Source of the DNA: a virus
Lineage: Duplodnaviria > Caudoviricetes
Direction: 5' to 3' (one strand)
IMG/VR virus record: IMGVR_UViG_3300002091_000057
Location: 1-36,926 of that record
Length of the DNA stretch: 36,926 bases
A program made the position numbers and the translations under genes. Positions 24,894 through 34,558 of the stretch are shown here, one piece after another (the first letter of the stretch is position 1; every line of letters begins with the position of its first letter). Under the pieces are notes generated by a model, which worked only from the letters and a program-made list of their open reading frames with translations, had not been told where the DNA came from and did not search any database.

Positions 24894-26081
24894 TTAACGA
24901 CCTGTTCGTCCTGCTCTAAGTTTACTTAGTTGCAGAGTCAACAAATTGTCTGCGGCGCGAATTCCTTCTTTGCCGCCCTGTTTGGCTTGTTCACGAAGTT
25001 TTGCAATGTCACCATCAGTATTACGACCACCTGTGGTACTAGCACCCGCTCTACGAGTCAGAGCCGCTATGCTGTTGCCAGCTTGCTTGGCTGCTGGACG
25101 ATCTCTATACTTGAGACCATCTCTTAGTAGGCCCAGGATGGTTTCATCACTGGTCACCAGGTCCAGGTTTTTTATTCCTGGTAAGGCTTCACCCGAGGCG
25201 TTGTCCCAAGTCTTGGTTAACTTTTCACGCAGTTCATTGAACACATACTCATTTCTAAGTTCCTTGTCCTTGAACCCTTTGCGACTTTGTTCTAGCAATC
25301 CGGCCACTTGTTCGCGTCGCATTGTTCTGAACTGATCTACATTGGGCTTGATCTGCTTGATCAAGTTGCCCTGCTGTTGCATGTATCTATCATTCTGTTG
25401 AATGTTAGCATGGATCTGCGCTTGTAAGGTAGGATCCTGTGTGCGTTGCAGTTGCTCGTAAAACACCTGGTTGTAACCCTGCGTCTTGAGTATTTCATCG
25501 TAGGCCTGTTGTAACTTGGGTGCAACGGTAAATTCCATTGCCAAGGTCAACCCATCGTGATGTTCACGCTGTTGCTTGAGATAATCCTCAAAATCTGCTC
25601 GTTCAACTTTTAACTGTCTTGCTTCTTCGTGTATCGCTCCACCTTGTCCCAGGATACTGGCTGCTTTTCGCGCATCGATGACCACTTGTTTGCCATCTTT
25701 CATGAACTTGAATTTGGCTTTGGGGTTTGTGTCTGCAAACTCAATAAAGTCTATCAGTTCATCTGCGGTACTGTTTGCATCTGGATCTTCGCTTACCGGT
25801 TCTTCTTGTTCAGAAGCTTCTGGGGCTTGTTCCTCTGCATAGCGGTCTATGTCATGGTCTTCTTGCGAAGTGATTCTAGGCTCATCTGGTGCCACAGAGG
25901 AATCATCTTGTGCCGCTGATGGTTCACCTGACGCAGACGATTCGGCAGCACGCAATTGATTACGCTGCGTGGTTTCACGCATGGCGGTCATTTTTGCAAA
26001 AATGCTGGCATCCGAAACAGGTTCTGCTGTTTGCTCACGGACCGCCTCAGAGAGGTTAGGCGTGTTCGATTCAGTTGTCAT
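24894..26081 (-). CDS. Capsid scaffolding protein
   Basis: Acidic disordered N-terminus, FMKDGKQVVID motif, coiled coil, located between portal and capsid genes. Confidence 0.75.
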   Translation of the reverse strand: MTTESNTPNLSEAVREQTAEPVSDASIFAKMTAMRETTQRNQLRAAESSASGEPSAAQDDSSVAPDEPRITSQEDHDIDRYAEEQAPEASEQEEPVSEDPDANSTADELIDFIEFADTNPKAKFKFMKDGKQVVIDARKAASILGQGGAIHEEARQLKVERADFEDYLKQQREHHDGLTLAMEFTVAPKLQQAYDEILKTQGYNQVFYEQLQRTQDPTLQAQIHANIQQNDRYMQQQGNLIKQIKPNVDQFRTMRREQVAGLLEQSRKGFKDKELRNEYVFNELREKLTKTWDNASGEALPGIKNLDLVTSDETILGLLRDGLKYRDRPAAKQAGNSIAALTRRAGASTTGGRNTDGDIAKLREQAKQGGKEGIRAADNLLTLQLSKLRAGRTGR

Positions 26082-26436
26082 TTATATTTTCCTTGTCAGT
26101 GACGGCGGGGTTTTGTAAACTTACCGCCCGGTTTTTCATACTCACTGATCTCTTCAGTGTACTTATGAAACTTTCTATGCCTGCAAGTTGGTTACTGAGT
26201 GCAACTCGCTGGCAATTACTATCAGGATCGTGACCGGGTATCAGGGTCAATTGATCCATTATTTCAAATTGCCACTGATGTACAAACAGGGCAAGATCTC
26301 TATTCTTCAACAAGGCTTCTGCAGCACTACCGTGGCTTTTGACTCGATCCAGTTCACTGGGTTTCATTTGCTTGATTGAGTTCAAGTCCACTGTGAGTCT
26401 AGTATTAAAAGCTTCTATAGTTGTGTCATTCAGCAT
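26071..26436 (-). CDS. 121-aa helical protein following the portal gene
   Basis: GSAAEALLKN motif; small gene between portal and scaffold. Confidence 0.75.
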   Translation of the reverse strand: MLNDTTIEAFNTRLTVDLNSIKQMKPSELDRVKSHGSAAEALLKNRDLALFVHQWQFEIMDQLTLIPGHDPDSNCQRVALSNQLAGIESFISTLKRSVSMKNRAVSLQNPAVTDKENINDN

Positions 26437-28730
26437 TAGTCGTGATATACCTTGGGTGTTCCTTGTGCCAGGGCCATGTAATCCAATTGGTGTGTGGCAC
26501 TGTCGCCACCAATCTTGGCTTGTATTTCTTGTATCTTGGCATCGTTAAGACTGGCCTGTGATTTCTTGTAAACTTCTTCAGCTGGCGGATTGGCCTTGGC
26601 CTGTTCCTGTGCCTGTTGCTGTGCCTGTTGTGCTTTTTGTATCATGGCTTCAATCTCTTGGTCTGTGGGCAAATATGTATCACAGTTTTTGACACCAACG
26701 GCATAAAGTGTGTCGGCAAATGGTCGCTTGATCTTTTCAATCAAGGCCATGTCAAATATGCCCTGTTGTTGCAAGGCCTGTATCTGTCCCACAAAGCCCA
26801 TTTGTGTTTGTTGTATCAGTTGCTGGCGCTTGACTCGATTGTCATCGCTCATCATGCCTAAAGCCAATTCAATGTGTATCTGTTTGCGTTCAAACACATT
26901 CATTTCGTCCCAGGCCTTGTAGTCTAAAAACACCGGTTCCTGGGTAGGGCTAAACTTCTGTGCCATACGCCGGACACCATAGTCATCGCCGTATTGTATC
27001 AAGGTACGCCAGATCAAGTAGATGGCTTCTTTGAGTCCATCTGCGGCATTACGCACAGCATTGTCTTGTATGATCTGATTGGGTCCAAGTGCCATGGCCA
27101 GTTTCTCACCTGAGTTACCAGCTGCCATCACTTCGGGATTGAACACATCGCCAGGTTGGGTCATACCAATCATGGCCTGTGTGTCCTGTTGCATACGAAC
27201 CATGGCATTTTCAATAAAGCCCAGATTACCACCTGGTGGCGGCATTGGATAGATGTCAGTGGCAGGATTGAATTTGCTATCCAGGATAAAGATAGCAGCT
27301 TCGCCATCCTGCATCATTTCGAAGTCCACACGGTCAGGTTTGACACCCAAGCGTGGTGTAGCAGTAAGCAAGCCCAACAGGATTTCTGCTCGACTGCCCG
27401 CGGTCATATACTCCTGCATGGGTATAACACTTTCGCCCACGCTCATGCCATAGAAGTTTCCTGGCAAAGGTTTGGGACACATGTTGGCCACTGGAATATA
27501 TTCTACTTCTCTAGCACTGATAATGTAAGTGCCTGAGTAAACTATTTCAATCAGTTCCAGCTCGCCATCACCGTCTATATCGTACCTGTCCCATACAGTG
27601 AGTATGGTCACTTGACGACTGTCTGGATCGCTTCCCACACCACTCATGACTGGAATACCTTGCACAGGCACACTATCTCTGGCGTGTATGGCCAAGTTGT
27701 TCAAGACTGATCCGGCTTGGTAAGCACCATTCTGATTGTATTCGGCAAACTCACGGAACTCTTCTAAATGATCGTTCAGTTCTGGGTACAGATACACAGC
27801 TTCTTGTATGCTCATTGGATCATAGTAGCCACAAAAGGCCTGATCTCGCATTTCTTGCACAGTGGGATCACAGATCCAGTAGTGCTGTGCAATGTTTCTA
27901 AATTTGATTTGTAGATTCCAACCGGTCAACTTGTATTTGGCAGTGTATTGTGTGTTTTTGGCAATCACTTCTGCAAACAGGTCTTCTTGATCCCGACCCT
28001 GATCAGGTGCGTCAGGTTGTTCCACTTCGGCGTCATCTTCTACAGCCGTTGCAAGACTGCTAAGGGTATTGTCAATGTGACTTTGTGCAGCCGATTCGGC
28101 TAGACCTGGAGCACGAGCCTGCACTTCTTTCATGACAGCGGCCATGTCAACACCGGTCTTTCTACGACTCTGTCTCAGCACTGTGAGACCTGACTCTTCG
28201 GCTTGTGTTTCAAAAGCTCGCAGTTGATCTAGTGTGCCGGAACTTTCCACATAGCGCACTATCTGTTCACGCTTGGGTAACACCATGAGCATGCCATTTT
28301 TGTGCATGCAAGCATCCATTACCCAACGCTGTAACACAAAGTGCGGATCGTTTTCTCTGTTCAACACAAAGTCCACCATGTCAGTGGCCTGTCTAGCAGC
28401 GTCAGCATCTTGTTCGTTTTCAGGCATGAACTCCATGTTGACTTCACCGTCGGGAGCCAAGCCTTTTACAATCACAGCACTCACATAATCCACAGCAGGT
28501 TTTACCACTGGATGGATATAGTCTATGCCGTTGACCGGAGCTGTTGATTCTTGTACTGCCAGGCCCAGGTAGTGGTAGTCCACTGCGCGATTTATGGCAT
28601 TTTTGGTAGCCAGGTATCGCAAGTAACTGGCACATTTGGTATCTAGTTGGCCCTTGAGTCTTACAAATCTATTCATTAATGCGTTTGAAGTATTCAACTG
28701 GCTTATAACTCGGTTGGTGATGTTTAACAT
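26436..28730 (-). CDS. Portal protein (P22/SU10-like)
   Basis: 764 aa after TerL. D..AARQATD.VDFV, DIDGDGELEL, P.PGNFYGMS..E motifs and a Gln-rich C-terminal barrel. Confidence 0.9.
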   Translation of the reverse strand: MLNITNRVISQLNTSNALMNRFVRLKGQLDTKCASYLRYLATKNAINRAVDYHYLGLAVQESTAPVNGIDYIHPVVKPAVDYVSAVIVKGLAPDGEVNMEFMPENEQDADAARQATDMVDFVLNRENDPHFVLQRWVMDACMHKNGMLMVLPKREQIVRYVESSGTLDQLRAFETQAEESGLTVLRQSRRKTGVDMAAVMKEVQARAPGLAESAAQSHIDNTLSSLATAVEDDAEVEQPDAPDQGRDQEDLFAEVIAKNTQYTAKYKLTGWNLQIKFRNIAQHYWICDPTVQEMRDQAFCGYYDPMSIQEAVYLYPELNDHLEEFREFAEYNQNGAYQAGSVLNNLAIHARDSVPVQGIPVMSGVGSDPDSRQVTILTVWDRYDIDGDGELELIEIVYSGTYIISAREVEYIPVANMCPKPLPGNFYGMSVGESVIPMQEYMTAGSRAEILLGLLTATPRLGVKPDRVDFEMMQDGEAAIFILDSKFNPATDIYPMPPPGGNLGFIENAMVRMQQDTQAMIGMTQPGDVFNPEVMAAGNSGEKLAMALGPNQIIQDNAVRNAADGLKEAIYLIWRTLIQYGDDYGVRRMAQKFSPTQEPVFLDYKAWDEMNVFERKQIHIELALGMMSDDNRVKRQQLIQQTQMGFVGQIQALQQQGIFDMALIEKIKRPFADTLYAVGVKNCDTYLPTDQEIEAMIQKAQQAQQQAQEQAKANPPAEEVYKKSQASLNDAKIQEIQAKIGGDSATHQLDYMALAQGTPKVYHD

Positions 28731-28751
28731 GTGTAGGGGATCCTTGTTGTG

Positions 28752-28758
28752 TATTTAG
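28752..28758 (-). promoter_or_regulatory. Late-type box CTAAATA upstream of portal, overlapping the TerL stop
   Basis: CAACTAAATACACA is identical to the context at 23603-23616; followed by an AAGGA SD. Confidence 0.65.
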
Positions 28759-30365
28759 TTGCCGGGGTCATATGTCCGTTTCCATTCCGAACTGGGCTCA
28801 GGTCGCTCACGCACCAGGTTGCGGTAACTGCGCAGGCGTTCTTGTGGAGTACGGTTATCCCAAGTTTCTGCTAGATCATTCAAGCAACCCAGCAGGGCAT
28901 ATCTAGCACTGTCAATGGTGTCATCAGGATCGCTGAAACGGCCCTGTGGATCCACATAATAATTGGCGGCTTCTCTTAGGAAATCTGCACAGTTGTCGTT
29001 GATCATAAATGTGCCGGCTTCCAGCATTTGACGCATGGCATTTATACCATAGGCCTTGTGATTGGTCGTCCGGCCTTCTGCGTCAGGTGGATTGGCAATG
29101 GGTCGGGCAATCACATTGAGTTCGTAGCTTTCAAACAGTTCTCTAATGCTTTGGCTACTCATGGTATAACGACCCGGTGTGCCTGCATCGGGTGGTAGCA
29201 CAATGGGTGTGCCAAACACTTCGGGTCGCATGAGATGCTGTATGTAATTGGCTGGATTGGCTTCTTCTAGTCCGCTCACGCAGATCTGTCTGTGCAACCA
29301 GGCCAGTCTTTCGTGTGGATGCCAGTACATGAGACTGATCACAGTACGGTCATTGACCAAGCCCAGGTCCAAGGCGATAACTCGCTCAATGCCCGGCATG
29401 GTTCTAAAGTCGTAGTCACCTGTTCTATAGGTAGGCCAAGTACGGATCTGGAACACAGCACCTTGACCCATCACAGGCCGGCCAGCTATACGGGCTTCAC
29501 GCTCGTGTGGCAAGTAATCGCGTTCCAGTTGATCTCTAGTGCTTTGTAGTAGGAATGGTTCTGACCAAGGATCCAGTTCAGGCACATCAGTCCAGGCCAC
29601 ACGCACAAAATCGTAGCCAGTTTCTCTGTTCCAGAACTTGCTGACTAGACCGTTGAGACCTTTAAGCGGTGTAAAACTGCAAAGCACCTGTCCTTGAGTT
29701 GTGGCAGTTCTGGTAACAATTTCACTAAAGAAATCATCGGGCGGTTGTTCATCAAACACGGCCAGGTTCAGTTTGAAACCCTGCATCTGACGCACTTCCT
29801 GTGTGTAGTTGGCAAACAACAAGTAGCTTTTGCCACCTGAGCTGTGTACAATCTCTACACCCATACAGTTGGCACCATCCGATCGCATGGTGTCAAACAC
29901 AATGGTGTTTCTGGGAATGGCTCCTGTGCCCATTTGTTCGCGTATTTTTACATCTTGGCTGCCCAACAGTTCATTTTGTAGCACCATGGCTACCTGGCTC
30001 CAACCCTCGCCAGCAACCATAGCTGTAATAGGATGGTCAAAACGGTGACCAGACCACCAATCAGGATATAGGCCTGTAAGGTGCATAGCTGTTTCATAAC
30101 ATGTTGACACAGTCTTGCCAATACGATTTGCAGCCAATATACCACGACGCGGAGCAGCCGCTGTGGCGAAGAATTGTTTTTGATGTTCAAATGGTCTAAA
30201 GTATCGTAGTTGATTATACTGCATGTCATCGGCCACACTAATAGCCAACTGCTCAAATGGTTCACGCACTTCAGTGCTCATATGGGAGAGACTGTCGGGT
30301 GTGAGATCATGTTGTTCCATGACCCATCTCACAGCCCTGCGCATGAGCACGGCACTGTCGATCAT
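28755..30365 (-). CDS. terL: Terminase large subunit
   Basis: PFEHQ Q-motif, Walker A AANRIGKT, Walker B LAVFDE, coupling motif FTP, RNase H-like ALDLG...DDTIDSARY. Confidence 0.95.
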   Translation of the reverse strand: MIDSAVLMRRAVRWVMEQHDLTPDSLSHMSTEVREPFEQLAISVADDMQYNQLRYFRPFEHQKQFFATAAAPRRGILAANRIGKTVSTCYETAMHLTGLYPDWWSGHRFDHPITAMVAGEGWSQVAMVLQNELLGSQDVKIREQMGTGAIPRNTIVFDTMRSDGANCMGVEIVHSSGGKSYLLFANYTQEVRQMQGFKLNLAVFDEQPPDDFFSEIVTRTATTQGQVLCSFTPLKGLNGLVSKFWNRETGYDFVRVAWTDVPELDPWSEPFLLQSTRDQLERDYLPHEREARIAGRPVMGQGAVFQIRTWPTYRTGDYDFRTMPGIERVIALDLGLVNDRTVISLMYWHPHERLAWLHRQICVSGLEEANPANYIQHLMRPEVFGTPIVLPPDAGTPGRYTMSSQSIRELFESYELNVIARPIANPPDAEGRTTNHKAYGINAMRQMLEAGTFMINDNCADFLREAANYYVDPQGRFSDPDDTIDSARYALLGCLNDLAETWDNRTPQERLRSYRNLVRERPEPSSEWKRTYDPGN

Positions 30366-31951
30366 GCAAACAGTCCTGTGGCCTGTAACGGATGTGTGTG
30401 TTCGTACCAGGCTGCTATTCTTCTTTCACTGATGGCAACATAAGCAGGATCCAGTTCTATACCGGTGTAGTCATAATCCAGTTCCACTGCGGCACAGCCG
30501 GTTGATCCTGAACCATTGAACGGATCCAGCACACGACCACCTGAGGGTGTTACAAGTTTTATAAGATACTTCATCAACTCAATAGGCTTGACTGTGGGGT
30601 GGTTGTTGCCCCGGTTGGCATCAGTGCGAGCATCCAGCCCAACTGCCATCCTATTACCGTCTGGTCCATAAGCACCCTGGACCGCACCAAACATAGCGGC
30701 AGGTAGTTCGTGTCCTATGTGCCGTTCGGCTCGGCCAACTTTGGGACAGTAGAAATACTTTTGGTAGTCTGCGATCTCACCTACGACATTGCTGGGGAAG
30801 CGGCCTATTTGACTAGGCTCCCAGTTTAACTGTTCACCTTCACGCAGACCTTGATCAGCATTTTTTTCCGCGTTATAGTTTTCGTGTGCAGTGGTTCCCA
30901 TCTTACCTGACTTGGGCTTAGTGGACTTCTTTTGATCCTGATATTTCTCCACCGGTTGCTCGCTAAAGCCTACACGACTCCATCCATCTGAGCCACCTTG
31001 CGGTCGATCTTTCTTTTTACCAGCCCAACCACCCGCATACAAAGCATTACCTTGTGTGTCACGCAAGTTGTTGGCAGGATCAAAGTCAGCAGGATCTTCA
31101 TTATCTGCGTAAGGCACACGACAAGCATCAATGTGCAAGGCGCCCACGCCCCACTGTTGACAGTTTTTAGCTATTGATAACCGGATAGGCTTGCGGGCTA
31201 ACACAATGGGTTCGTGTGCGGGCTTTAACTGTGTGCCCCAACCAGACCATTGCTGACCTGCAGGAGTTTGGCTTTGTGTGATATCCACAACGCTGGCACC
31301 CGAAGCACCAATGGTATAACGCTGTTCGTCGCTGAAGCAACCTGATAACTTTTCACCTACTTTGATCTGTGGTGTGGTGATAAAGTAATCATCATAGTCA
31401 TCACCACAACCCAGCACTGATTTGAGCGTGATCCACTTGTCATCCTTGGGCAAGTTGTTGGCCCAACCTTTGTCTCGGAAGTCAGTTTTTAGATAACCGC
31501 CTGCGTTGAATCCACACTCACGAGAGATCTCTGCTGTGCTTTTGCCTGAATCAGCGTAAAGTTGTTTTAGTATGGCTTTGACTTCTGACAATTCTGCTTT
31601 GTGTGATGCTTTGCCTGATTGACGATCAATGCTCTTGCCAATGTCTTGACTCTTGGGAAAGCCACTTGAGTAGATCCACATTATCTGATCACGGATCTCA
31701 AAGCCGGCCTGTTCGATTGTGACAGCCAAGTGATGGTAAGTTCGTGCGGCACTGAAGGCTAAAATATGTCCACCAGGTTTAAGCACTCGTAAACACTCTT
31801 GGTAAGTCTCTAGGGCACCTGTGTTGGCGTCCCAGGCTTTACCTAAAAAGTCTATGCCGTAGGGTGGATCGGTTACTATGCTATCAAAGTAATTGTCGGG
31901 GAATGTTTTGAGGACATCCGCATTATTGCCCTGTATGATTCGACTGTTCAT
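30362..31951 (-). CDS. DNA N6-adenine/N4-cytosine methyltransferase (beta class)
   Basis: VTDPPY motif IV at the N-terminus; HPTVKP...VLDPFNGSGSTG motif I at the C-terminus. Confidence 0.95.
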   Translation of the reverse strand: MNSRIIQGNNADVLKTFPDNYFDSIVTDPPYGIDFLGKAWDANTGALETYQECLRVLKPGGHILAFSAARTYHHLAVTIEQAGFEIRDQIMWIYSSGFPKSQDIGKSIDRQSGKASHKAELSEVKAILKQLYADSGKSTAEISRECGFNAGGYLKTDFRDKGWANNLPKDDKWITLKSVLGCGDDYDDYFITTPQIKVGEKLSGCFSDEQRYTIGASGASVVDITQSQTPAGQQWSGWGTQLKPAHEPIVLARKPIRLSIAKNCQQWGVGALHIDACRVPYADNEDPADFDPANNLRDTQGNALYAGGWAGKKKDRPQGGSDGWSRVGFSEQPVEKYQDQKKSTKPKSGKMGTTAHENYNAEKNADQGLREGEQLNWEPSQIGRFPSNVVGEIADYQKYFYCPKVGRAERHIGHELPAAMFGAVQGAYGPDGNRMAVGLDARTDANRGNNHPTVKPIELMKYLIKLVTPSGGRVLDPFNGSGSTGCAAVELDYDYTGIELDPAYVAISERRIAAWYEHTHPLQATGLFA

Positions 31952-32196
31952 TGTGGTTGTCCAAGATCTCGATAGATGGCGTGCAAGTGTCCAAGTGCTT
32001 GTGCTAGATCAGCAACTTCTACTGTGTCCAACTGTCGTGTAGCATTCTTGTCCAGGCCTTTTTGCAAGCGTTCAGCAGTGAGTCTGAGACAGTGTTCAAT
32101 CTGACCAGGATACTTGAGTCTGAATGCTTCTCTATTGGCCTGTCCCACACGCTGTGCTATTTTAATATCGGCTACAGCTCGATCATTTGGTGTCAT
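31948..32196 (-). CDS. 82-aa hypothetical helical protein
   Basis: ATGA overlaps at both ends. Confidence 0.75.
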   Translation of the reverse strand: MTPNDRAVADIKIAQRVGQANREAFRLKYPGQIEHCLRLTAERLQKGLDKNATRQLDTVEVADLAQALGHLHAIYRDLGQPQ

Positions 32197-32981
32197 TCAG
32201 TGTCTGCGTCCAAGGCCCAAGGATTGCGTAGTTCACCACCTTCTACATTCACAAACTCTCGATCGATCCAGGTGTCCCACCAGTTGCTGTTGTTGATACG
32301 CATGGTCTGCATGACAGCACGGATGTTACGACCCACTGGAGTTAGTGTGCCATCTTTACGCACGATCACTTGTTCGCCGGTCCTGGGATCTACCCAGCGG
32401 ATTATTTCGGGTCTCATTCGACCAAACTTGTCCATCTTTTCACCGTGTGGTCTTTGGTCTAAGGGTCCCATCACTTCATAGCTGATCATGCCGTTCTTGT
32501 ACTTGCGGAATAAACAATCAACCTTGCGATCTTGGGCACGAAAGTCCGGATCTGGGTGTGCCATGAATCTTGACACAAAATTGTTCTGCACTTGATCAGG
32601 TGCTGGCAAGCTGGGATCTCTTGGTGCAGGTTCTTTCATGGCTTCTACTGGAATAAGGTCTGCTCGTTCCAGGTATGGATTGTCTGTGCCTATGTAGATG
32701 GGATTGACTTCCAGTCCATTCAACACATCCATGGCCACTTGATACTTTAACTTGTTGGCACGACCTTTGAGAGTTAGCACCAGACCTGTTTGATCAAACA
32801 CGAACCTTTCCAGTTCAGTGGCTGTGGGAAAGTCTGTCATGAGACCGTCTATGTCATACTCTGGAGCAATGACTTCAGGCCGGGGGGTTGTGGGTCGGGT
32901 TACAGCAGGATCGACTGGAACATCATTCCAGACATCAATGGCCTCAGTGGGCTCAATAGGGGTTACTTCGCTTTTTCGCAT
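32193..32981 (-). CDS. 262-aa hypothetical protein
   Basis: Long clean ORF with AAGGA RBS. Confidence 0.8.
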   Translation of the reverse strand: MRKSEVTPIEPTEAIDVWNDVPVDPAVTRPTTPRPEVIAPEYDIDGLMTDFPTATELERFVFDQTGLVLTLKGRANKLKYQVAMDVLNGLEVNPIYIGTDNPYLERADLIPVEAMKEPAPRDPSLPAPDQVQNNFVSRFMAHPDPDFRAQDRKVDCLFRKYKNGMISYEVMGPLDQRPHGEKMDKFGRMRPEIIRWVDPRTGEQVIVRKDGTLTPVGRNIRAVMQTMRINNSNWWDTWIDREFVNVEGGELRNPWALDADTE

Positions 32982-33038
32982 ACGGTTCCTTTTCTATACG
33001 ATACTACAAACTGGGCACAGTGGACCAGTGGTTCTCAA

Positions 33039-33338
33039 TTACTTAGTGATCTTCTTGGGAGCACGCACAGTCCGGTTGTACTCAGTGCCACCTGCTGTGG
33101 GATTGCGTTTGGGTCCTGTGTCGGCGTGTAGGCCTTCCACTTTGGGATCGTAAAAGAATCCTGGGTTGCGGGCTTCAAGTGCCTTCATGACCATGTCGGC
33201 CAATGCCTCCTTTTCGCCGCCCTGTTTCTCTTTCAAGAATGTGCTGCGCTTGGTACCATTGTCGCTACCATTGCCCACTCTTGGACCTTGTGGCTGATTG
33301 ATCCGGCCGGCTTGCGGGTTTGTTTTGTTCTTGTTCAT
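33039..33338 (-). CDS. 99-aa basic disordered hypothetical protein
   Basis: Operonic ATGA overlap. Confidence 0.7.
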   Translation of the reverse strand: MNKNKTNPQAGRINQPQGPRVGNGSDNGTKRSTFLKEKQGGEKEALADMVMKALEARNPGFFYDPKVEGLHADTGPKRNPTAGGTEYNRTVRAPKKITK

Positions 33339-33520
33339 TTTTTCTTCATGCCTCGTAGTGTTTCGGCAAGTCTGGCACGCTGGCCCAACTTACCAGGAGC
33401 CTTGGCGGCTCGTGCCAGTTTCTTGGCTGGAATTGTTTCGCCCTTTTTCACGCCCATTTCTCGACGCAGTGCGCCTGGCTTCTGGATGGCATCAGCAATG
33501 AAATTCTTTTTAGTGGCCAT
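33335..33520 (-). CDS. 61-aa highly basic phage protein (FIADAIQKPGALRREMGVKKGETIP)
   Basis: GAGG RBS and TAATG overlap; from recall, a small phage family usually found near packaging genes. Confidence 0.8.
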   Translation of the reverse strand: MATKKNFIADAIQKPGALRREMGVKKGETIPAKKLARAAKAPGKLGQRARLAETLRGMKKK

Positions 33521-33924
33521 TATTGACTGTTACCTCGAACGGGACCACGACCCATGTTGATCTGATCAGGATTGCCTCGATAGTTCTGTCCTGGCTTGGG
33601 ATCAAATGGTCTTGTGCCACCGGGAGTGCGTTCTTGCTTGCCAAAGTTCAATGAGTCATTTGCACCCATTGCGGCTTTGAAATTAGGCAGGCTACTGGTA
33701 GGAGGCTTTTCTGGACCAGCAGCAGGTGTGCCGTTGTTGCCCACTGTAGGACCACGGCCATAGTTGCCACCTGCTCGGCCACCGTGTTGGTTGCCCGAGT
33801 ACTTGGAGCTCTTGGTAGTGATCCTACTGTTGTTGTCCTGGCCATTGCTGGCCAAATTGGCATCGCCCTCTTGGTCCAGGTTACGGCCAATTGCATTAGG
33901 GGTCTTGGTGTTCATAGTTTTCAT
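33520..33924 (-). CDS. 134-aa Gly/Asn/Pro-rich disordered protein
   Basis: AAGGA RBS; operonic. Confidence 0.75.
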   Translation of the reverse strand: MKTMNTKTPNAIGRNLDQEGDANLASNGQDNNSRITTKSSKYSGNQHGGRAGGNYGRGPTVGNNGTPAAGPEKPPTSSLPNFKAAMGANDSLNFGKQERTPGGTRPFDPKPGQNYRGNPDQINMGRGPVRGNSQ

Positions 33925-33933
33925 TTGTTTTCC

Positions 33934-34194
33934 TTAGTCCATCTCTCGATCGGTCTTGCTTGTTGCAGCCAGGACCACTGGATGGAATGGTTGTCTGGCT
34001 CCGGTACTGGCTGTGTGGCTCTCATACTGCGTGCCTTGTTCTTCTATATGACTGCTGTGTGAATTCCGCTTGCCTGCCTCACGCTGTTCACTGTAGGCAA
34101 TGGCCACTGCTTGCTTAACTGGCTTACCGGCCCGCACTTCAGCCGCGATGTTTTTTCCAAATGCTTTTTTTGAGGTTGATTTGATCAATGGCAT
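33934..34194 (-). CDS. 86-aa basic phage protein (MPLIKSTSKKAFGKNIAAE...KQAVAIAYS)
   Basis: Recognisable phage small-protein motif; CTAAATA 8 nt upstream and no SD. Confidence 0.8.
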   Translation of the reverse strand: MPLIKSTSKKAFGKNIAAEVRAGKPVKQAVAIAYSEQREAGKRNSHSSHIEEQGTQYESHTASTGARQPFHPVVLAATSKTDREMD

Positions 34195-34201
34195 AATATT
34201 A

Positions 34202-34558
34202 TTATTTAGTCCGGTTGGGATTGCCCACTACAGCACTCAAGGCTGCGGCAAAGGCGGCGGCTCTAGTGGCTACAGCATCTGCACTATCGGTCACTTCCAT
34301 TGTGTTCAAGGTGGCCAATAACTTGTTGCCAATCAAGTGATGATATTTCATGGCCAGACTAGCGTCGGTCTGTCGGGCCTGTAGGAAGTCTTCTACTAGC
34401 AGTTCTTCATAGCTACGGCCGCCTGAGCGTTGGTCCAGGACCTCCAACAGGTGTTTGATCGTGACATTGTCTCTACTGCCAGGTTTACGACCGGCACCAG
34501 GTCTAGCACCGCCACGGCTTGAGATCTTGGGCTTGCCTGTTTTTGCGTTTAGTTCCAT
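34202..34558 (-). CDS. Putative terminase small subunit / DNA-binding packaging protein (118 aa, start MELNAK)
   Basis: RGGARPGAGRKPGS motif is typical of TerS N-termini. TAAATA-N5-ATG start. The allele comparison supports this frame and start. Confidence 0.6.
   Translation of the reverse strand: MELNAKTGKPKISSRGGARPGAGRKPGSRDNVTIKHLLEVLDQRSGGRSYEELLVEDFLQARQTDASLAMKYHHLIGNKLLATLNTMEVTDSADAVATRAAAFAAALSAVVGNPNRTK

Noticed and set aside
26078-26086. TATAAATG near the scaffold start as another late promoter
   Set aside because: The last base mismatches and it overlaps the start codon itself; the gene has a normal AAGGA SD.
5164-34321. Numerous plus-strand ORFs over the structural genes (e.g. 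14037-14906, 19241-19870, 9019-9597)
   Set aside because: Antisense shadows of long minus-strand genes with biased codon use; no RBS or recognisable motifs.
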